From Acidimicrobiales bacterium (GTDB lineage Bacteria > Actinomycetota > Acidimicrobiia > Acidimicrobiales > VFJN01), in assembly GCA_035649475.1 (NCBI GenBank), contig DASRJM010000164.1, positions 20,521 to 84,520 of the forward strand: a DNA stretch of 64,000 nucleotides, read 5' to 3'. Both the position numbers and the translations under genes were made by a program. How positions within the stretch are numbered: the stretch's first letter is position 1; each line of letters starts with the position of its first letter. Below, piece after piece: positions 24,833 to 34,091 of this stretch. The notes below the pieces were generated by a model. The model ran no database searches. It was not told the origin of the DNA and worked only from the letters and a program-made list of their open reading frames with translations.

Positions 24833-25738
24833 GTGGCCGCCGGCGCTGTCGACCTCGTCATCGTGCACCGCGACCAGGGTCGTGCCGTGCGCGACACGGT
24901 CGCCCGCTTCCTGGCCCAGGTCCCCGCGCCGCGGATCGTGGTCGTCGACAACGGCTCGGGCCCGGACGGCCTGGCCGCCGTCCGCAGCCTGCCGGCCGAG
25001 GTCCACGTGATAGAGCTGGGCGCGAACGCCGGCTTCGGCCCGGGCGCCAACTCCGGCTTCCGCTGGTTCCTGGCCCACGACCCGGCCGACTGGCTGGCCG
25101 TGTGCCCCCACGACGCCCGGCCCCTTCCCGGCTGCCTCGCCCGGCTGGTGGCGACCTGCGAGGCACAGGCCCGGGCCGGGCTGGCCTCGGCCGACGTCGG
25201 CGACGGCCTCACCCCCGTCGTCGACCGCTACTTCGGCGCCATCCCCGCCCCCGCCACCGTCACCGAGGGCTGGGAGGCGGCCGGCTACCCACACGGGACG
25301 CTCATGCTGGCCAGGCGGCGCTGCCTGGAGGACGTCGGCTTGTTCGACGAGCGCTACTTCGCCTATTGCGAGGAGGCCGAGCTGGCCATCCGGGCCAAGG
25401 CCGCCGGCTGGCAGGTCGGCGTCGTTCGGGGGGCCGACATCCGCAACATGCACGTGGGGACCCGGGCCGCGGTGGTCGACTACCTGCAGCTGCGCAACAC
25501 CCTGCTCATGGTGCGCGAGCACTCGGGCCGCTACCACGCCGGCATCCGCCTCGCGATCGCCCTGTGGCAGCTCGCGGCGGGCACGCTGGACCCGGCCCGC
25601 CGCGGCCCGTACTGGGCGCCCCGGGCCCGGGCGTTGGCCATCGCCCACCACCTGCGCCACCGCTACGGGCCGCCGCCGGAGCACCTGTTCGGGCCGGAGG
25701 CCGATTCGGCAGCGCCGGTAGCCGCCCGCGTCGCCTAG
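24833..25738 (+). CDS. glycosyltransferase family 2
   Basis: In-frame C-terminal part of ORF 23531..25738, from the GTG at 24833. GT-A motifs DLVIVHRDQG...IVVVDNGSGPDG and a DxD-like EEAEL region. Confidence 0.8.
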   Translation: MAAGAVDLVIVHRDQGRAVRDTVARFLAQVPAPRIVVVDNGSGPDGLAAVRSLPAEVHVIELGANAGFGPGANSGFRWFLAHDPADWLAVCPHDARPLPGCLARLVATCEAQARAGLASADVGDGLTPVVDRYFGAIPAPATVTEGWEAAGYPHGTLMLARRRCLEDVGLFDERYFAYCEEAELAIRAKAAGWQVGVVRGADIRNMHVGTRAAVVDYLQLRNTLLMVREHSGRYHAGIRLAIALWQLAAGTLDPARRGPYWAPRARALAIAHHLRHRYGPPPEHLFGPEADSAAPVAARVA

Positions 25739-25959
25739 ATCCGCCCACTCTCGACCGCGGCCAGCTCCGGGCGGATCCGCACCAGGTAGACGGTCGACAC
25801 CACGAGGCCCACGACCACGACCAGGGCCCCGAACAGGATCGCGGCCAGCCACGCCACTCGCCGCCGGCCGGCCAGCGCCCAGACCCACTCTGGCCGGCGG
25901 GCGGCGTCGAGCAGCGCCCAGGCGGTCAGCGCCAGGGGCACCGAGAACACGGCCACCAC
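25735..25959 (-). CDS. small membrane protein (PLDc_N-like, cardiolipin-synthase N-terminal-type domain)
   Basis: 74 aa with two TM helices flanking ALLDAARRPEWVW...RRRVAWL. Its stop overlaps the GT2 stop in CTAG. Confidence 0.5.
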   Translation of the reverse strand: MVAVFSVPLALTAWALLDAARRPEWVWALAGRRRVAWLAAILFGALVVVVGLVVSTVYLVRIRPELAAVESGRI

Positions 25960-26004
25960 GGCGACGGCCCCGGCGAGGTCCGACCAGTCGATGACCGCCG
26001 CCCC

Positions 26005-26685
26005 TCAGCCGCCGCCGGCGTCGCCGGCCCCGGGCTCGCCCGGACGGACCCGCCGCAACCGGCTGGGCACGTCCTCGAAACCGGGCAGCGGGGCCTGGAG
26101 CGACAGGCCCTTCTCGGCCACCCGGTCGCCGACGAGCGTCTCGACCTCGGACCAGTCGCGGGCCCGGGGACCGGGCACCCCCCGGTTGTAGGGCTGGTCG
26201 AACACGATGACGTGCGAGCCCGTGTCCCGCAGCGCCTCGACGTTGTGGGGCGCGTCCTCGACGTAGCAGTCCGCGCCCAGCTGGGGCTTGGCCCCGAGGA
26301 AGCACAGGTCCCGGTAGGGGATGCCGGTGGCGTCGAGCCACTCGACCGTGTCGGCCACGGCCATGGCGTGGCCCCAGTTCACGTACAGGCGGTGGGTGAT
26401 GATGCGGATCCACACGCCGGCATCGGACAGCCGCCAGAGCGTCTCCGCCGCCCCGGGGATGGCCGGCATCGTGCGGAAGATGCGGTGCTCCAGCACCGCG
26501 GCCCGGTGCAGCTCCTCGAACTCGGCGGGGGACAGGCCCCACTCGCGGAAGTCCCACGACCGCTCGAGCGGCAGCGAGGCCGGGTCGGTCCCGGTGCGCT
26601 CGACCACGACATTCCGCAGCGCGGTGGTGTAGTCGCCACACACGCCGTCCAGGTCGACCCCGAAGATGAAGCCGCGCTCGCTCAC
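26005..26685 (-). CDS. HAD-superfamily 5'(3')-nucleotidase-like phosphatase
   Basis: ORF 26005..26856 trimmed to the GTG at 26685 (VSERGFIFGVDLDGVCGDY, HAD motif I DxDGV). The start overlaps the AftD-like stop by 4 nt. Confidence 0.75.
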   Translation of the reverse strand: MSERGFIFGVDLDGVCGDYTTALRNVVVERTGTDPASLPLERSWDFREWGLSPAEFEELHRAAVLEHRIFRTMPAIPGAAETLWRLSDAGVWIRIITHRLYVNWGHAMAVADTVEWLDATGIPYRDLCFLGAKPQLGADCYVEDAPHNVEALRDTGSHVIVFDQPYNRGVPGPRARDWSEVETLVGDRVAEKGLSLQAPLPGFEDVPSRLRRVRPGEPGAGDAGGG

Positions 26686-29600
26686 CGGTCCCGGTCGCTC
26701 CTGCGGGACTGCCACACCCGGTCGACGACCGCGTCGGCCACCAGCGCCAGCACCGCCACCCAGCCGATCGGGTGGGGGCGCCGCATCTCGATCGGCCAGT
26801 CGAAGCTGGGCACCGGGTTCCAGCGGGCCTGGATGTAGAGGACGTAGAGCCCGCACAGGCCGAGGGCGATGGGGCTGGCCAGCAGCAGGTAGCGCCGGAA
26901 GGTCTCGTGGCGGGCGCCGATGCCGGCGGCCACGCCGACCGCCAGGCCGACGACGGGCCCGGCCAGCACCCAGCCGAGGAGGAACACGCCCAGGCCGGTC
27001 AGGAACGCGGTGCTGCGGCTAGGCAGGGCGCCGTCGTAGCGGAAGGCCAGCACGGACGAGTACGGCTCGGCCTCGGCCGCCGGGGCGTTGACGACCTGGC
27101 GGGGCTTGCGCACGAGCAGCAACAGGCACACGGCCGCCGCCGCCACCGAGACCCAGATGGCGAGGTCGACCCGCCGCTGGGGCGCGAACGCGAGCTCGAC
27201 CGTGAACGACCCGGCGTCCGGGTCGACCCGCCAGCCGTTGGCGAACCCGTCCACCAGCGCCGGCCCGCCGAGGGACTCGCCGTCGACGGAGGCGGCCCAG
27301 CCCGGGTTGAAGCTCTGGCCCTGCACCAGCCAGAACGGCTCCCCCGGGGTCGCGCCGCTCACCTCGACCGTGGCCCGGTCGTGGTCGTCGCCCACCACCT
27401 CGACGGCCGGGCCGGCAGGCACCGCGCCGCCGGCCGCCTCGGCCACGAGCGTCCCCGCGCCCGCCGGCGTGGCGGCGCCCCCCGCGCCGGACCGCAGGAC
27501 CAGCGCGTCGATCTCCAGCCCGGCGTCCCGCCCCGCCGCGGTCTCAAGGTCGTGCTCGCCGGCGTCGAGCGTCAACGACGTGGGACCGCACGGCGCCACG
27601 GCCAGGCCCCTGCCGGCGAGGGCGTCCGCCAGGGGGCCGCTGACCCGCACCGGGAACGGCTGGCCGTCGACCGTCACCAGGTCATTGCGGCACCCGGAGT
27701 CGTACGTGGCGGGCAGGGCAGGGACGGTGGGGGCGGGCAGGCCGATCTCGGCGATGGCCGCCGGCTGGTCGACCGCGCGGTTGCTGTTCCAGTCCTGCGT
27801 GGTGACCGGGCGGACGGCGGTGACGAAGACGCGGAACGACGAGCCGGTCACCGCCTGGGGGAGATGCACGTCGACGGGGGTCGTGGCGTTCTGGTTCGCG
27901 CCGTCCACGACCGGGGGCAGGTCGATGCGGCCCTGGGAGACGCCGTCGACGGTCAGCTCGACCTGGGTCGGCACCGAATGGCGGCCGTCCGCCACGATCG
28001 TGAGCGGTAGCGAGCTGATCGTCACCGGGTCGACCAGGTTGACCTCGACCCACGCCCGATCCGGGCCGTCGCGGACGGTCGTCCAGGCGGTGGTGGGATC
28101 GCCGTCGAAGACGGCCGACGCCGTCTGCAGGCTGCCGTTGAGCACCGAGCTCGCCCGAGCCCAGGTCACGCTGCCGTCGTGGGGCCGGCCGAGCGACTCG
28201 TCGATGACCGAGGTGGGCGTGCGCCGGTAGAGGCGGGCCTCGCCCTCCAGCGAGAACGACCGGGCCCCGGGCAGTTCCAACAGGCGGATCAGCCGGAGCT
28301 CCTCGTCGGCCCGGGTGGTGTCGGTGGGATCCTGGCGCTGGCGGGTGAACGAGATGGCGAGCGGGTGGTCCGCGGCGGCGTCGCCGGCGGCGGCGAGCAG
28401 GTCGGTGGGCAGCCGGATGGCATCCTCGTGGTCGGTCGGCTGGTCACCGACCTCGATCTCGGCGAAGCCGACGCTGCTCTGGCCGCCGTAGCGGGGGACG
28501 AAGCCGACCGAGTCCTCGAGGATCTCGATCGACAGGGTCCGGAACGTCCGCTCGGGGAACGTGACGACCTGGCCGGGGGCGTCCCGCGACTGGCGGGCCA
28601 GCGGGGTGTCGATGGGGTCCTCGCCGTCGAAGCGCAGCCGCACCGCGGTGATGTAGCGGTTGCGGGTCCCGTTGGTGACCTGGGTGAGGTTCACCCGGTC
28701 GGCGGTGATCGGCTCGGGGAACGTCAGCTCGATCCGCTCGCCCCGGGCGTCGAAGAAGGCCCCGGTTCGCCAGGCCGTCTCCAGGTCGCCGTCGACCGCC
28801 AGTGCCGGCCGCTCCTCGGAGGTGTAGGTGATCGTGTTGCCGTAGGACGTGGCGGTGGCGGACACACCGCCCCGGTCCTCGGCGACCGTCATCACGTCGG
28901 TGTCCCGCTCGGGGAACAGCGGCAGGCGGTTGTCCCGTGCGTCCTCGACCATGGCGTCGCCCGACGCGGTCTCGGTGAAGCCCCGGGTGTGGCGGATCGT
29001 GGTCCACCGCTCGCCCCGCTTGCGGTTGGAGTCGGTCAGGAGCAGGGCGGCGCCGTCGTCCAGGGCGTCGCGGACCTCGTCGTCGTCGAGCGAGCCCGAG
29101 TAGTGGACCAGCTCGGTGCCGTCGATGAGCCCCGCCCCCGCCGCGTCGACCAGCCCGGCGCCGTCGCCGGCCACCACCAGCGGGTTGGCCCCCGAGTGGG
29201 TGGACACGATCGGCACGGCGCCCTCGACCGGCAGGACGGCGAGCTCGTGGGGATCGGGCAGCGACGGGTCGGTCTGGAACATCAGCTCGTCGTCGAGCTG
29301 GACGTCGCTGACGGTGACGTTGGGCTCGCCCGGCCCGAACTCGGTCGGGGTGCCCAGGCCGGCCGCGTGGGAGATGAAGTCCCAGAAGTTGCGCGGCCGG
29401 GGCGTGTTGTACCGCTCGTACTGGAGGTCGCTCTGGACGAGCACGTCGCCGGCCCGCATGAGCCGGGCGATGGGGGCGACGCTGTCGGGGTCGGCGGTGC
29501 GCTCCTGGAGCCGCAGGTCGAAGGCGTTGAGCAGGTTCGCCGAGGCGGCCGAGCCGTAGGGGATCAGCTCCCGCTGAACCGACGGACGGTCCATGAGGCC

Positions 29601-31142
29601 CGGCAGCACGGGGTCGACCGTGTTGCCCCAGCGGTAGCTGGCGAAGTCGGAGCCCGGCACGACCAGCACCCGGGTATCCTCGCCGGCCGCCTCGAGGTGG
29701 TCGGCGGCCTCCTGCCAGTAGCCGGGGATGGTCTCGGGCCGGCGCAGGTTCTGGGGGACGAAGTCGCCCAGCCACAGCGGCGGGATGGCGAGGAGCGCCA
29801 CCGCCACCACGAAGATCGTGAGCGGCCGCCCGGTGCGGGGCCAGCGCCGGGCCAGGCTGGTGACGCCGGAGCCGGCCAGCACCGCCATGGCCAGCGCCAC
29901 CAGCGGCACGGCCCGGGGCAGGCTGCGCATCGACAGGCCGACGTCGGACAGCACGAACGCCTTCACGCCCCGGGCCCAGGGCGACCCGCCGTCCCACGGG
30001 TAGGCGCCGACCGCGAGCGCGACCCCCAGGGCGAGCAGGGCGATGAAGTACGCCCGGTGGCGCCAGCGGGCCACGATCGCCCCCGTGAGGCCGGCGATCG
30101 GCACCAGGTACGTGAAGGCGAGCAGCGGCAGGAACTGGGTGTACTCGACGCTCGGCTCGATCCACGGGCCGAGCCGGTCGCCGCCGTAGAAGAACCAGTA
30201 GCCGAGGCCCCGCAGCACCTCGTGGCTCACGGACACGGCCGCCACGGTCTGGGCGGTCTCGGTGTAGCGGAGGATCTCGATGCCGTTGGTGCCCTGCACC
30301 GAGAGGCCGAGGATCCACCAGGCCGACACCGGGATGGTCAGCACCCCGAGCCGCAGCGCGGCCCGGACCGCCGCCCGCAACGGGATCTCCCTGGCCACCC
30401 AGACGGCGTGCGCCAGCCACGCCACCGGCGCCAGGCCCACCAGCAGGAGCGCGGTGGCGTTGACGCTGCCACAGGTGGCCACGGTCAGGGCGAACAGGGC
30501 CGGGTAGCGCCAGCCCCTGGTCCGGGCGGTGCGGATCGTGAACGCCACCAGCCACGGCAGCGCGACGAACGGCAGCAGGATGGCCGACAGCCGGGCCACC
30601 AGCGTGAGCAGGTAAGGCGTGAGCGCGTAGCCGAACGTGGCGGCCACGACGCCCGGGCCGGTCCAGCCGAGCGTGCGCAGCAGGTAAGCGACGCCGGCGC
30701 CGGCCGCGAAGATGATCGTGCCCCACCAGAGCCGCTGGGCGGCCCAGTCCGGCACCCCGATCGTGTCGAGCAGCCAGTAGAACGGGCCCATCGGCCATAG
30801 GAAGCCGATGTTCTGGTGGGTGACGGTGCCGAGGCCGATCGAGGGGTCCCACATCGACCAGGCCCGGCTCATCAGCTTGGACGGGTCGAGGTAGAGGTAG
30901 GTCTTGGTGTCGGCGCTGACCCAGCCCCGCTGGGTGAGCAGCAGCGGGACGTACGCGACCCCCGCCAGGATCAGGAGGAGGCGGACCGTGGCGCCCGACG
31001 GCCCCCGGTGCCGGGCCCGCGCCGCCACCAGGGCTGCCCGGGTCGGGCGCGCCGCGGCCGGCGCCGGTGCGGCCGCCACGGCGGCGAGGGCCGGCCGGCG
31101 CTGGCGGACGCCGTTGCCCAGCCGCCCGAGCGGGTTCCTCAT
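26682..31142 (-). CDS. alpha-(1->3)-arabinofuranosyltransferase-like giant GT-C membrane glycosyltransferase (AftD/DUF3367 family)
   Basis: 1486 aa. N-terminal GT-C module (SADTKTYLYLDPSKLMSRAWSMWDP...GFLWPMGPFYW) with about 10 or more TM helices, a large extracytoplasmic carbohydrate-binding-like middle region, and C-terminal TM helices. Confidence 0.8.
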   Translation of the reverse strand: MRNPLGRLGNGVRQRRPALAAVAAAPAPAAARPTRAALVAARARHRGPSGATVRLLLILAGVAYVPLLLTQRGWVSADTKTYLYLDPSKLMSRAWSMWDPSIGLGTVTHQNIGFLWPMGPFYWLLDTIGVPDWAAQRLWWGTIIFAAGAGVAYLLRTLGWTGPGVVAATFGYALTPYLLTLVARLSAILLPFVALPWLVAFTIRTARTRGWRYPALFALTVATCGSVNATALLLVGLAPVAWLAHAVWVAREIPLRAAVRAALRLGVLTIPVSAWWILGLSVQGTNGIEILRYTETAQTVAAVSVSHEVLRGLGYWFFYGGDRLGPWIEPSVEYTQFLPLLAFTYLVPIAGLTGAIVARWRHRAYFIALLALGVALAVGAYPWDGGSPWARGVKAFVLSDVGLSMRSLPRAVPLVALAMAVLAGSGVTSLARRWPRTGRPLTIFVVAVALLAIPPLWLGDFVPQNLRRPETIPGYWQEAADHLEAAGEDTRVLVVPGSDFASYRWGNTVDPVLPGLMDRPSVQRELIPYGSAASANLLNAFDLRLQERTADPDSVAPIARLMRAGDVLVQSDLQYERYNTPRPRNFWDFISHAAGLGTPTEFGPGEPNVTVSDVQLDDELMFQTDPSLPDPHELAVLPVEGAVPIVSTHSGANPLVVAGDGAGLVDAAGAGLIDGTELVHYSGSLDDDEVRDALDDGAALLLTDSNRKRGERWTTIRHTRGFTETASGDAMVEDARDNRLPLFPERDTDVMTVAEDRGGVSATATSYGNTITYTSEERPALAVDGDLETAWRTGAFFDARGERIELTFPEPITADRVNLTQVTNGTRNRYITAVRLRFDGEDPIDTPLARQSRDAPGQVVTFPERTFRTLSIEILEDSVGFVPRYGGQSSVGFAEIEVGDQPTDHEDAIRLPTDLLAAAGDAAADHPLAISFTRQRQDPTDTTRADEELRLIRLLELPGARSFSLEGEARLYRRTPTSVIDESLGRPHDGSVTWARASSVLNGSLQTASAVFDGDPTTAWTTVRDGPDRAWVEVNLVDPVTISSLPLTIVADGRHSVPTQVELTVDGVSQGRIDLPPVVDGANQNATTPVDVHLPQAVTGSSFRVFVTAVRPVTTQDWNSNRAVDQPAAIAEIGLPAPTVPALPATYDSGCRNDLVTVDGQPFPVRVSGPLADALAGRGLAVAPCGPTSLTLDAGEHDLETAAGRDAGLEIDALVLRSGAGGAATPAGAGTLVAEAAGGAVPAGPAVEVVGDDHDRATVEVSGATPGEPFWLVQGQSFNPGWAASVDGESLGGPALVDGFANGWRVDPDAGSFTVELAFAPQRRVDLAIWVSVAAAAVCLLLLVRKPRQVVNAPAAEAEPYSSVLAFRYDGALPSRSTAFLTGLGVFLLGWVLAGPVVGLAVGVAAGIGARHETFRRYLLLASPIALGLCGLYVLYIQARWNPVPSFDWPIEMRRPHPIGWVAVLALVADAVVDRVWQSRRSDRDR

Positions 31143-32326
31143 CGACGGGATCGCCGTCGTGACACCTCGTCGGCGACCACCCGCATCAGCCGGGTGGCCG
31201 TGTTGCTCCAGGTCAGCTCACCCGCCCAGGCGAGCGCACCCGCGCCGAGGCGCTCCCGCAGCTCCCCGTCCGACAGGATGCGGGCCAGAGCGTCGCCCAG
31301 GGCCGCGGGGTCACCCTCGGCCAGCAGGCCGGAGCGCCCGTCCTGCACCGAGTCGGAGTGGCCGGCGATCCGGGTGGCGACCGCGGGGGTCCCGCAGGCC
31401 GCGGCCTCGGTCAGCGTCATGCCCCAGCCCTCGCGGGCCGACGCCGAGGCGACGACCCAGGCCTGGCGCATGAGGTCGATCTTCTCCGCGTCGCTGATCG
31501 ACCCCCGTAGCGTGACCCAGTCGCCGGCGTCGAGCTCGCGGATCGCGGCCTCGACGGTGGGCCGGTCGTAGCCGTCGCCCACCAGGTGGAGGCGCAGGTC
31601 TGGGACCGTGCGACGGGCGTGGTGGGCGGCCCGGACCAGCATGTCGTAGCGCTTGACCGGGGCGATGCGGCCGATGGCGATGACCAGCGGGTCGGGGGAG
31701 CGCTCGCCGCTCGGCGAGTAGCGGGTGTCGATCCCGGGGTGGACGACGGTGATCCGGGCGGGGTCGAAGCCCAGGTCGTCGACCAGCTCGTCCTTGGACG
31801 ACTCGGACAGCGTGGCGATGGTGGACCGGCGGTACAGCGGCGGCGCGACGCGGCTCTCGAACACCGCGCCGATCGGGCCCAGCGTGGGGCCCAGCGTCAT
31901 GTTCCACATGTCGGCGTGGACGTGGTGGAGCAGGATCACCCGCGGCCCCGGGTTCCACAGCGGGGACAGGAACGGCATGCCGTTCCAGATCTCGATCAGC
32001 ACGTCGCGGGGGCCGGTGCGCCGGGTGATCTCGGCGAACGCCGCACGCGGGAAGACCTGGTAGCGACCGGCGCGGCGGATGACCCGGTAGCCGTCGCGCA
32101 TGGCCTCCACCGGCTGGCCCTGGGCCCAGGACGTGCGCATCGTGACCTCGACGCCGGCCGCGGCCCACAGCCTGGCCACCTCGGCGATGTGGAGCTCCGA
32201 GCCGCCGGCCTCGACGTCGTCGAGGTCGCGCCACGCCAGGACGTGGACCCGCCGGACCCCCGCCGACGCGGCCAGGTCGCCGATCTTGGCGACCGGATCG
32301 GCGTCGTCGGGCACAGCGTTGCTCAC
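31139..32326 (-). CDS. glycosyltransferase family 4 (GT-B, retaining)
   Basis: ORF 31139..32476 trimmed to the GTG giving VSNAVPDD. EX7E region EGWGMTLTEAAACGTPAVATR. Its stop overlaps the AftD-like ATG by 4 nt. Start position is approximate. Confidence 0.8.
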   Translation of the reverse strand: MSNAVPDDADPVAKIGDLAASAGVRRVHVLAWRDLDDVEAGGSELHIAEVARLWAAAGVEVTMRTSWAQGQPVEAMRDGYRVIRRAGRYQVFPRAAFAEITRRTGPRDVLIEIWNGMPFLSPLWNPGPRVILLHHVHADMWNMTLGPTLGPIGAVFESRVAPPLYRRSTIATLSESSKDELVDDLGFDPARITVVHPGIDTRYSPSGERSPDPLVIAIGRIAPVKRYDMLVRAAHHARRTVPDLRLHLVGDGYDRPTVEAAIRELDAGDWVTLRGSISDAEKIDLMRQAWVVASASAREGWGMTLTEAAACGTPAVATRIAGHSDSVQDGRSGLLAEGDPAALGDALARILSDGELRERLGAGALAWAGELTWSNTATRLMRVVADEVSRRRSRR

Positions 32327-32487
32327 AGGTGGTCGTCCTTCCCCAGGCCGGTGACCCGGGCGCTCGACATTAACCGCGCGGGTGCGGCTCGGGACCGGGG
32401 TCGGCCGTATGCTACGAACTTCCGCGCCAGCGCACCAAGGAGCGGGATGGGGCGCGGCGACCAGGCGCGCCACCAACGGAGCCGCAC

Positions 32488-33267
32488 GTGGGAAGCACCG
32501 ACGACAGCCTCGACGAGACGGCCACGACCGCCGCCGACACGTCGCTCGAGAAGGCGCTCGACGGGGTCGAGGGCTGGTTCAGCCCCGAGCAGGTGGCCCG
32601 CGTCGTGGCCCGGGCTGTCGAGGTGCCGGCCACCGGCCGCATCGTCGAGATCGGCAGCTTCCGGGGGCGGTCGATGATCGCCATTGCACGCGCGGCGCCC
32701 GCCGGCGCCGAGGTCGTGGCCATCGACCCCCATGCCGGCAACGACCGGGGCCCACAGGAGATCGAGGGCTTCGCCGACGAGGCCGCGGTCGACTCCAAGG
32801 TGTTCCTCGACAACCTCGAGCGGGCCGGCGTGCGGGACCGGGTGACCTACGTCCGCAAGTTCAGCCACGACGCCCTGGGGGACGTGGACCAGCCCATCGA
32901 CCTGCTGCACATCGACGGCGCCCACCGCTACGCCCCGGCCAGCGACGACATCCGCAGCTGGGGCGCCCGGGTCAGCCCCGGCGGCACGATGCTGGTCCAC
33001 GACTCGTTCTCGTCGGTCGGCGTGACCCTGGCGCTGGCCACGACCGTCATGTTCTCGGGCGACTGGCGCTATGCGGGCCGCAGCCGATCCCTGGCCGAGT
33101 ACCGACGCGAGCCGGTCCGGGGGCTGGCCCGCGTCGCCGACGCCGGCCGCCAGCTCGCCCAGCTCCCGTGGTTCGCCCGCAACCTGGGCATCAAGGCTCT
33201 GATCGTGGCCAGGGTTCCCCGCGCCGCCCGCGCCCTCGGCCACGACGGCGAGACCTGGCCGTACTAG
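32488..33267 (+). CDS. class I SAM-dependent methyltransferase (Methyltransf_24-like)
   Basis: 259 aa. SAM motif RIVEIGSFRGRSMIAIA, then DPHAGN and HIDGAHRY, typical of glycan-cluster methyltransferases. Confidence 0.75.
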   Translation: MGSTDDSLDETATTAADTSLEKALDGVEGWFSPEQVARVVARAVEVPATGRIVEIGSFRGRSMIAIARAAPAGAEVVAIDPHAGNDRGPQEIEGFADEAAVDSKVFLDNLERAGVRDRVTYVRKFSHDALGDVDQPIDLLHIDGAHRYAPASDDIRSWGARVSPGGTMLVHDSFSSVGVTLALATTVMFSGDWRYAGRSRSLAEYRREPVRGLARVADAGRQLAQLPWFARNLGIKALIVARVPRAARALGHDGETWPY

Positions 33268-34091
33268 GACGCCGTCGCCTCGGCCTCGGCGTCCGGCCCG
33301 GTCAGCGCGACGGTTGTGTCCGGCCCGGCCGAGGCGGGGTCGGGGCAGCGGACGCGCCGGACCTCCTCCTGGCGGCCTCGGAGCAGGACGCGGTCCCGGA
33401 AGCCCCACCAGGTTACGAGCGACATCGCCTCGCCGATGATGTGCCACGACATCTTGGAGACGCCCCGGAACCGGTCGCTGAAGGTGATCGGCACCTCGAC
33501 GATGCGGGCGCCGAGGCGGTGGGCCCGATAGGAGAGCTCGAGCTGGAAGCCGTAGCCGGTGGCCTTGGTGGCGCTGGCCTCGACCGTCTGCAGGATGTCG
33601 GCGCGGTAGGCCCGGAACCCGGCCGTGGCGTCCCGCACGCCGAGGCCCAGCACGTTGGAGGCGTAGAAGTTGCCGGCGCGCGACAGCAGGATGCGCACGA
33701 GCGGCCAGTTGGCGGTGGCGCCCCCCGCCACGTAGCGCGAGCCGATGGCGATGTCGGCGCCGCGCTCGACCTCGGCCAGCAGCACCGGCAGCCGGTCGGG
33801 TGGGTGGGACAGGTCGGCGTCCATCTGGACGACCACCTCGTAGCCCTCGGCGAAGGCCTTCTGGAACCCCGCCCGGTAGGCACCGCCGAGCCCGCCCTTG
33901 CCGGCACGGCTCAGCACCTCGACCCGGCCGAGCTTCTCGCCCGCCTCGCGGGCCAGGTCGGCCGTCCCGTCGGGGCTGGCGTCGTCCACCACCAGGATGT
34001 CGGCCTCGGGGGCGGCCTCCCGCACCTGGCCCAGCACGTCCGCGATGTTCTCGGCCTCCAGGAACGTGGGGATGATGACGACGGTCTTCAT
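33264..34091 (-). CDS. polyprenol monophosphomannose synthase (Ppm1 / dolichyl-phosphate mannosyltransferase-like GT2)
   Basis: 275 aa. MKTVVIIPTFLEAENI...ILVVDDASPDGT...VVQMDADLSHPP is the classic Dpm1/Ppm1 pattern. Confidence 0.9.
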   Translation of the reverse strand: MKTVVIIPTFLEAENIADVLGQVREAAPEADILVVDDASPDGTADLAREAGEKLGRVEVLSRAGKGGLGGAYRAGFQKAFAEGYEVVVQMDADLSHPPDRLPVLLAEVERGADIAIGSRYVAGGATANWPLVRILLSRAGNFYASNVLGLGVRDATAGFRAYRADILQTVEASATKATGYGFQLELSYRAHRLGARIVEVPITFSDRFRGVSKMSWHIIGEAMSLVTWWGFRDRVLLRGRQEEVRRVRCPDPASAGPDTTVALTGPDAEAEATAS

